64,000 nt of DNA, from contig QPMI01000523.1 in assembly GCA_004431415.1 (NCBI GenBank), forward strand, positions 62,001-126,000, in the 5' to 3' direction. The notes beneath the pieces are model-generated. The model was not told the origin of the DNA. It did not search any database and saw only the letters and a list, made by a program, of their open reading frames with translations. The position numbers and the translations under genes are program-made. Shown here one piece after another: positions 58,801-64,000 of this stretch (its first letter is position 1; each line of letters opens with the position of its first letter). Source of the stretch: Cyanophora paradoxa CCMP329. Lineage: Eukaryota > Plantae > Glaucophyta.

Positions 58801-61243
58801 CACTCGAGTTCGGATCTTGATCGCGGGTTAACGTCTTCGATGCCTGAAAGCGATGACGCAAGAACGCGATCGCGGAGGCCAGCAGTAGTATTTATTGTAT
58901 GCGAGAGAGTACGTACTCCAGCTCCCGTGTCTTGCACGTATTTCAAAATCCGGGGCACGGAGTAATACGGATGATGCGTGGTTAATACGTGACCATTTTC
59001 AACGTAGTAGAATGGGTGCAGGAGGCCCAGGTAATCCACGTTGATGGAATTGTGTGCGTGATGAGGGTCATACACGCTGCAAACGTTGCGACCGGGTGGC
59101 TAAGGTCGTCTCCTGGCACGTAGATTGCACATGCAGCGAGGTCGTACGATGATACTATACGCTCAATAGTATTCGAACCCATGACACTGATCTGAGCAAC
59201 AAGATTTGAAAATCAAAATGAGACCGTTCAGAATATTCTGCATGTAACAGGCACCTGCAGAGGTAGGACCCCTGGGGCCATGATCTGGACGCCGTAGCAA
59301 AAGGTGCACAGAAGACATCCACGGTTTTATTCTTTGGTAGGTAAGGCGCGACTCGTTCTGCGGAGGCGCGGGCTGCAGCTTGGTAGAAGGCGGTGACAAC
59401 GCGAGTGAATTCTGCAACGGTCGAGGCTTTTACGTAGATGTCGATATCGTTCCTGCAGGCTACTATCAGGACGAACGGTTCGCGCTCACGTTTTCGCGCA
59501 TGCATGCGTACAGTGCCATTCGGTAGGCTATCGGCGGGCACGTGATGGCTTTGAAGGGAGGCCACCTGTGCGTGTAGAGAGGATGCGTATGTATGTATAC
59601 GTAGGCATGGAACGATGAGCGAAGGACGGACCTGATATGAACACGCAGCTTGGTATGTCAGAAGGAAGGTACGAAATTAAGCGTGGTCGCGGAGACGCTC
59701 CCGAAAGCCGCAGGTGTGCATAAAAGCCGTCCATCACAGGCAAACCTGGTCCAATGATCCCATGATCCCGGCAGCCATCGTCAATGGCCCTTCCGAGCAT
59801 ATCACCGCTCTGTAAAAACTGGGAGTAGGAGCACGCATGACATTAGCTATAGTACCATGTGTTTACCGGATGCGCAAGCAAAGTATAGAACATGCGTGTG
59901 TGCGAACCTCGGTGGCGCGATACATAGATCGGTGGTGGTGGGCTTGTACAAGGCACTCAGATTAAAGCGCGCCGCGAGATATGATGCTAGCTTTCGCCGA
60001 GGATGATTGATCGCGCCTGTGATATCGTACAAGTCGTACATGGCCGCCGAGGAACAGGATATACGGAGAGAGACTGCTGACAGCTATTCTCGGAAGTGTC
60101 GCTGACGGAGCGATAGCACAGGGGCAGATGCTCGCGTCGGGAAGGATACTGGGAAGGAAGAGACGACGGAATGGTTTTGGGTATTTGGGCTGTGACGCGG
60201 ACGCCCTCATACGAGGGTACAGGCCCGAAGAGTAAAAGTGACCGTTGTACAAGCACTAGGAGAGATCACTGAGGCCAAACAATAGCGGCGCGTTATGCAG
60301 AGCGGAGAAGTGCCGAGAGCGAACGAGGAAGAGACGGCTTCGACCCCCATAGGAACACACACGTCGGCAGAGTCAGCAACAAGCGCACGTAAGGCAGTTC
60401 AAGAAGCGGCTGATGATACGCAAACGGACAAGCGGCCAGAACCAGAGGTGCGTGTGCATTTGCTGGCGGATTGAAGAGATCGCCCAACGAGTACGCCCAT
60501 GCGCGCATCGGGCTGCGCAGGGAGACCGGAGAGATGATGATAGCGATTGCCCGTCGTGCCACTGGCGGAAATCTGGCAGAGTGCGGAGGTGCAGATCTGG
60601 CGTTGTGTAAAACCTCTGCATCTGAAAACGACTGACCGGCTGCTATTGTTGCGGCGTTGTAAATTGCAGGCAAGGCATGTAAGATGGCGGATGGCGAGGT
60701 GCAAGGCAGCGACAGCGACAGCACCAGTGACGACTCAAGTAAGTGAATCGAGAATTTCATGCCCGCATGAATTGCTATCAGATTGATGGCTTGCATTTCC
60801 GTATTGATTGCAGTACTGACGACCCCGATATTCCCAATTCTTCCTATTTCGGACGGGACTCTATAAGAATGAACGGCCTCCTGACGAGGCTGCAGAAGTA
60901 TCGATCGAAATGGTAATTTTGACGGAGGCAATTGATGAATTGGCATCCAAGCGACCAGGAAATAGTTGCTCTGACATGAGAAAGAGCTCTGTGCACGCAT
61001 GGTGTTCATGCAGTTTTTTAAGATCGAGCATCAAGCATCTTGAGACGGCAATCCAGTTATTTCCGAGTCAAGAACAGGCATAGGCCTGCCGACTCTCGAT
61101 GTGTATCCGAATATCAATCATAGTGTATGAAGTATAGAATTACAGGCTACATAGGGGGAGCGGCACGGGTCCAGAGGGCGGTGTTCATAGGTGAGAGGAC
61201 GTTGGAGGGCAGATGCATAGCTATAGGGCGAGGGGCAACGGCT

Positions 61244-63581
61244 TCAGTGACGACGCGTAGCCGGTGCAAATGTTCCGAATCGGAGTCCGGGTCGGCGATC
61301 TTGAGGCCGCCGAGAGCGGTCTCTAAATCCTATGCTCACAGACCGAGTCACGGGCGAAGGCTTCCCTATAGCACTGGAGGGTGCGGGGTGCACCTGCCGC
61401 AACTTGCATGCCTGATCATTGGAGAGGTCATCGTCGGCGGCTCGCACACGCAATGCGGCCCGGAGGCGGCAAAGGCGAGAGCGGAAGGAAGCAAGGACGT
61501 CGGGCTCCAGAGGTACCGGTAGCTTCATTTCGACCAAGTGAAGCTCGCGCAGACTGGTCATGTACTGCGCAATGAGCTGCGGGCGAGTCAGCAGAGAGGC
61601 GGGTCGGAAGCTAAAGGTTTAGAAACAAGGCACTGGCTGCTACACCTTCATAATTGCGTCCACGACGAAGGGGGCGTTTCCAAACCAAATCCCGCGCCTC
61701 CATCCCAGCCGTGCAGATGAAGGGTGTGGACCTTGTTCAGGGCGTTCCAGGCACTGGTTTGATCTGGAGCAAATGCTGACCGCACTCTCCAAGTACTGCA
61801 AACGAGCGGGGAGCGGGAGCGGGGATTGGAATGGATTGAATGCAGGGGTTGTGGCGCGGACTCACTCGCAATTCTGTGCAGCGCTCGATCACGCTCTCCA
61901 TGGCGCCACCTTGGTTCTCATCTCCACGCTGACCGAAGTCGAGAGCGTGGAGGCGGGGCGCCAGGGGACAAGTGGCCATGGCAAAGTGTCCTCATCCACC
62001 TCATCGAGTACAAGCGATTGGAGCTGTGTGAGCGCGGGATGACGTTGAGGGCTCTTTGTATGCTATCGACCTCATTGGAACCGGCAACGCCGAGCTGCAG
62101 CGCTGAGTGCGCGAAGGCGCTGTCAGCAGGGGTAGCAAGCGAGCTGGAGAGAGCACCCGGACATGCGCACACTTGAGGGCAGTAATTCGGCCTAGTGGGG
62201 CAAAGTCGGCGATGTTGCGAGTTCGCAAAGCGAGGTGCTCGAGGGTCAGTAACTGTACGAGCGGCTCGAGGAGACCTGGAGAAGCGTGACCTCCTCTTCA
62301 CCGTTGTCTTCATCATCTGGGTCCGCTCCGATAGAAAACACAAGGGAGAGTGCTGCGGCATCGTGCGGGTGCGAACATTAAAATGGTGATGATGGGTGCG
62401 GGGGCGCGTAGAAATACTAGGCAATGGAGTGGTGGCAGGCTGTGTTGTGCACGCAAGCGGAGGGAGGGGGGGACGGGGTCGAAGGGGGAAGTGGGGAGGA
62501 ACTTACATTTTAGGGGAAGGCTGACGAGAGGGCGGAGGGCGTCAGGGGCAAAGTACGTTGTCTCCGGATACAAGTTTCCGAATATGAATTGAAGATGCAG
62601 CTTATGGAGGTACTTCAAGGGCCCTTTCGCCAGGAGGTCAAATGCATTGAATACGACGATTGGGAGCAGGCCGCCGCTAGAGGATGGCTCCGACAGGATG
62701 CTCGCCCGTAACTCTGTGAGAGCAGGGCCCTTGGTTGCCAGGTATTCGAACGCAGGCTGGCTTAGCGATATCTGATCGCGCTCCAAACCGTAGCGCGCAT
62801 CTAGATCGAGACAGGTGAGGTTGACGAACGATGGATCGCTGAGGCACGCGACGTTCTCCGGCTTGAAGACGTAGGTAAAGCCATTCATCCCATCCAAGGC
62901 AAGTCGGATGGCGCGCAGAGAAGTCGGAGAGAAGCGGACGAACGGAGTCAAAACGCAAGTTTGGACTGGATTATCAAGGACGACTTCTGTGGGCCGCGGG
63001 TATGGCCGCTGGAATCTGGGAGGACGGTCCTGCGATGCAACGGCGTGTTGGATTCATGGGATGCTCGACCTCGCAGGGACGCACTAGCAGTAAGATTTCC
63101 ATGTGGACATCCTCAATTCCCGGCACCGCCGCTGCCGCGCGAATGCACGCATTGGCGAGGTCATCCAGACGATGTTCCGCCTTTCCGAGGCGGCTTTCCA
63201 CGGTCTGCAGACTGAAGAATGCCCGCGGCGCCCGCAGTAGGGTTCTGAACCGACGACAAACTTGCCCGAGCGGGACGAGCACGTGCATGTCAACGCGGTC
63301 GATGCGCTTTGATTCCAACGGATGCTCCGGCATAGATAAAAGTGATTCGGCGTACGAGCAACAGCCGCCGGGCAACACCGTCCCGACCACGAGCTGGCTT
63401 GCAAGCGCAATTATCTTGGCGAGTAACTCGTCCGGCAGACATAAGATGTTGACCTGCGGTTGCCATCTCCCATGAACAGATTATGACAGGGCATGTGATC
63501 ACAAGCTATAGCGGCACGCGTACGCACGACATTTACATTCAGGTGGGAACTATGCGCAACACGTCGTCGCCTCTTTCCCAT
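61244..63581 (-). CDS. F-box protein with LRR-like C-terminus, multi-exon; 3' end uncertain
   Basis: MGKRRRRVAHSSHLN|VNILCLPDELLAKII...LGQVCRRFRTLL (F-box); NLTCLDL, ALTELRA, YLHKLHL, SLRELHL. Confidence 0.65.
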
Positions 63582-64000
63582 CTGCTGGAAGCTGAGCACT
63601 TCGAGCCCGTTCGGGGAGACTTTAATTTTTTTGGAGGGGGGCGTACGTGAACTGAGAGTGTTGGTGAACGATCGGGAAAGTAGAGTTAGTTCTGAATTTG
63701 AAATTTTCGTCGTCCCGTCATTCGAGCTTCTGTCGACGTGCAATGGCTCGCCTTCCGAAGGCTGCTGCTGCTGCCGCCTCAGCTGCAGCGGAGAAGACGG
63801 ACAGCGTGCTCGAGAAGAAGAAGTCTGCCGTAGGCGCGTCACCGTCGAAGCCTGAGATCGGCGAGTCAGCCGGCAAGTCACAACTCCCTGACATCGACCC
63901 CGAGCTCGAGTCGGAGTCACCGCCGGTGCCCAGCAAGCCGGTGGGCGGCACGGCGCAGGTTGCGCTGACGGGGTGCGTCTGCATTTAATCGCTCGCCGAG

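Noticed and set aside
58255-60256. Possible UL9-like/SF2 helicase remnant (VLIVACR, FYTIIAAGVEF, FANVHVYA)
   Set aside because: No Walker A or DExx motif found and exon structure unresolved; too weak to call without HHpred.

Overview
Eukaryotic nuclear DNA in three compositional blocks. (1) 1-~18.4 kb: very GC-rich host genes with many short (~45-70 nt) introns. They encode the [FeFe]-hydrogenase maturase HydE, a head-to-head pair of DnaJ-type Zn-finger proteins, a Zn-ribbon repeat protein, a two-pore channel, and an [FeFe]-hydrogenase fused to a diflavin (CysJ/CPR-like) reductase. Phe-motif transit peptides suggest a plastid-bearing alga, possibly a glaucophyte such as Cyanophora (inference). 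(2) 20776-48397: an AT-rich, intronless, 27.6-kb endogenous Polinton-like/Maverick-type virus with 792-bp TIRs, a 6-bp TSD (AGTACG) and 73-bp terminal hairpins. Core genes: rve integrase, protein-primed PolB, primase-SF3 helicase, packaging ATPase, major capsid protein and two penton-like proteins. Accessory genes: a phage-like fibre array, a patatin-discoidin fusion and an AdoMet decarboxylase. The virus is inserted exactly in the 5' splice site of an intron. Most of its frameshifts are single-base homopolymer deletions, so it may be intact. (3) ~18.5-20.8 kb plus 48.4-64 kb: an intermediate-GC island of intron-containing, mostly orphan genes, including a divergent histone H3, a tandem SUMO-like protein, an F-box protein, a ZnF/SAM-like protein and a paralog pair. 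All calls come from manual reading and motif recognition. No searches were run, and exon boundaries in GC-rich genes are approximate.
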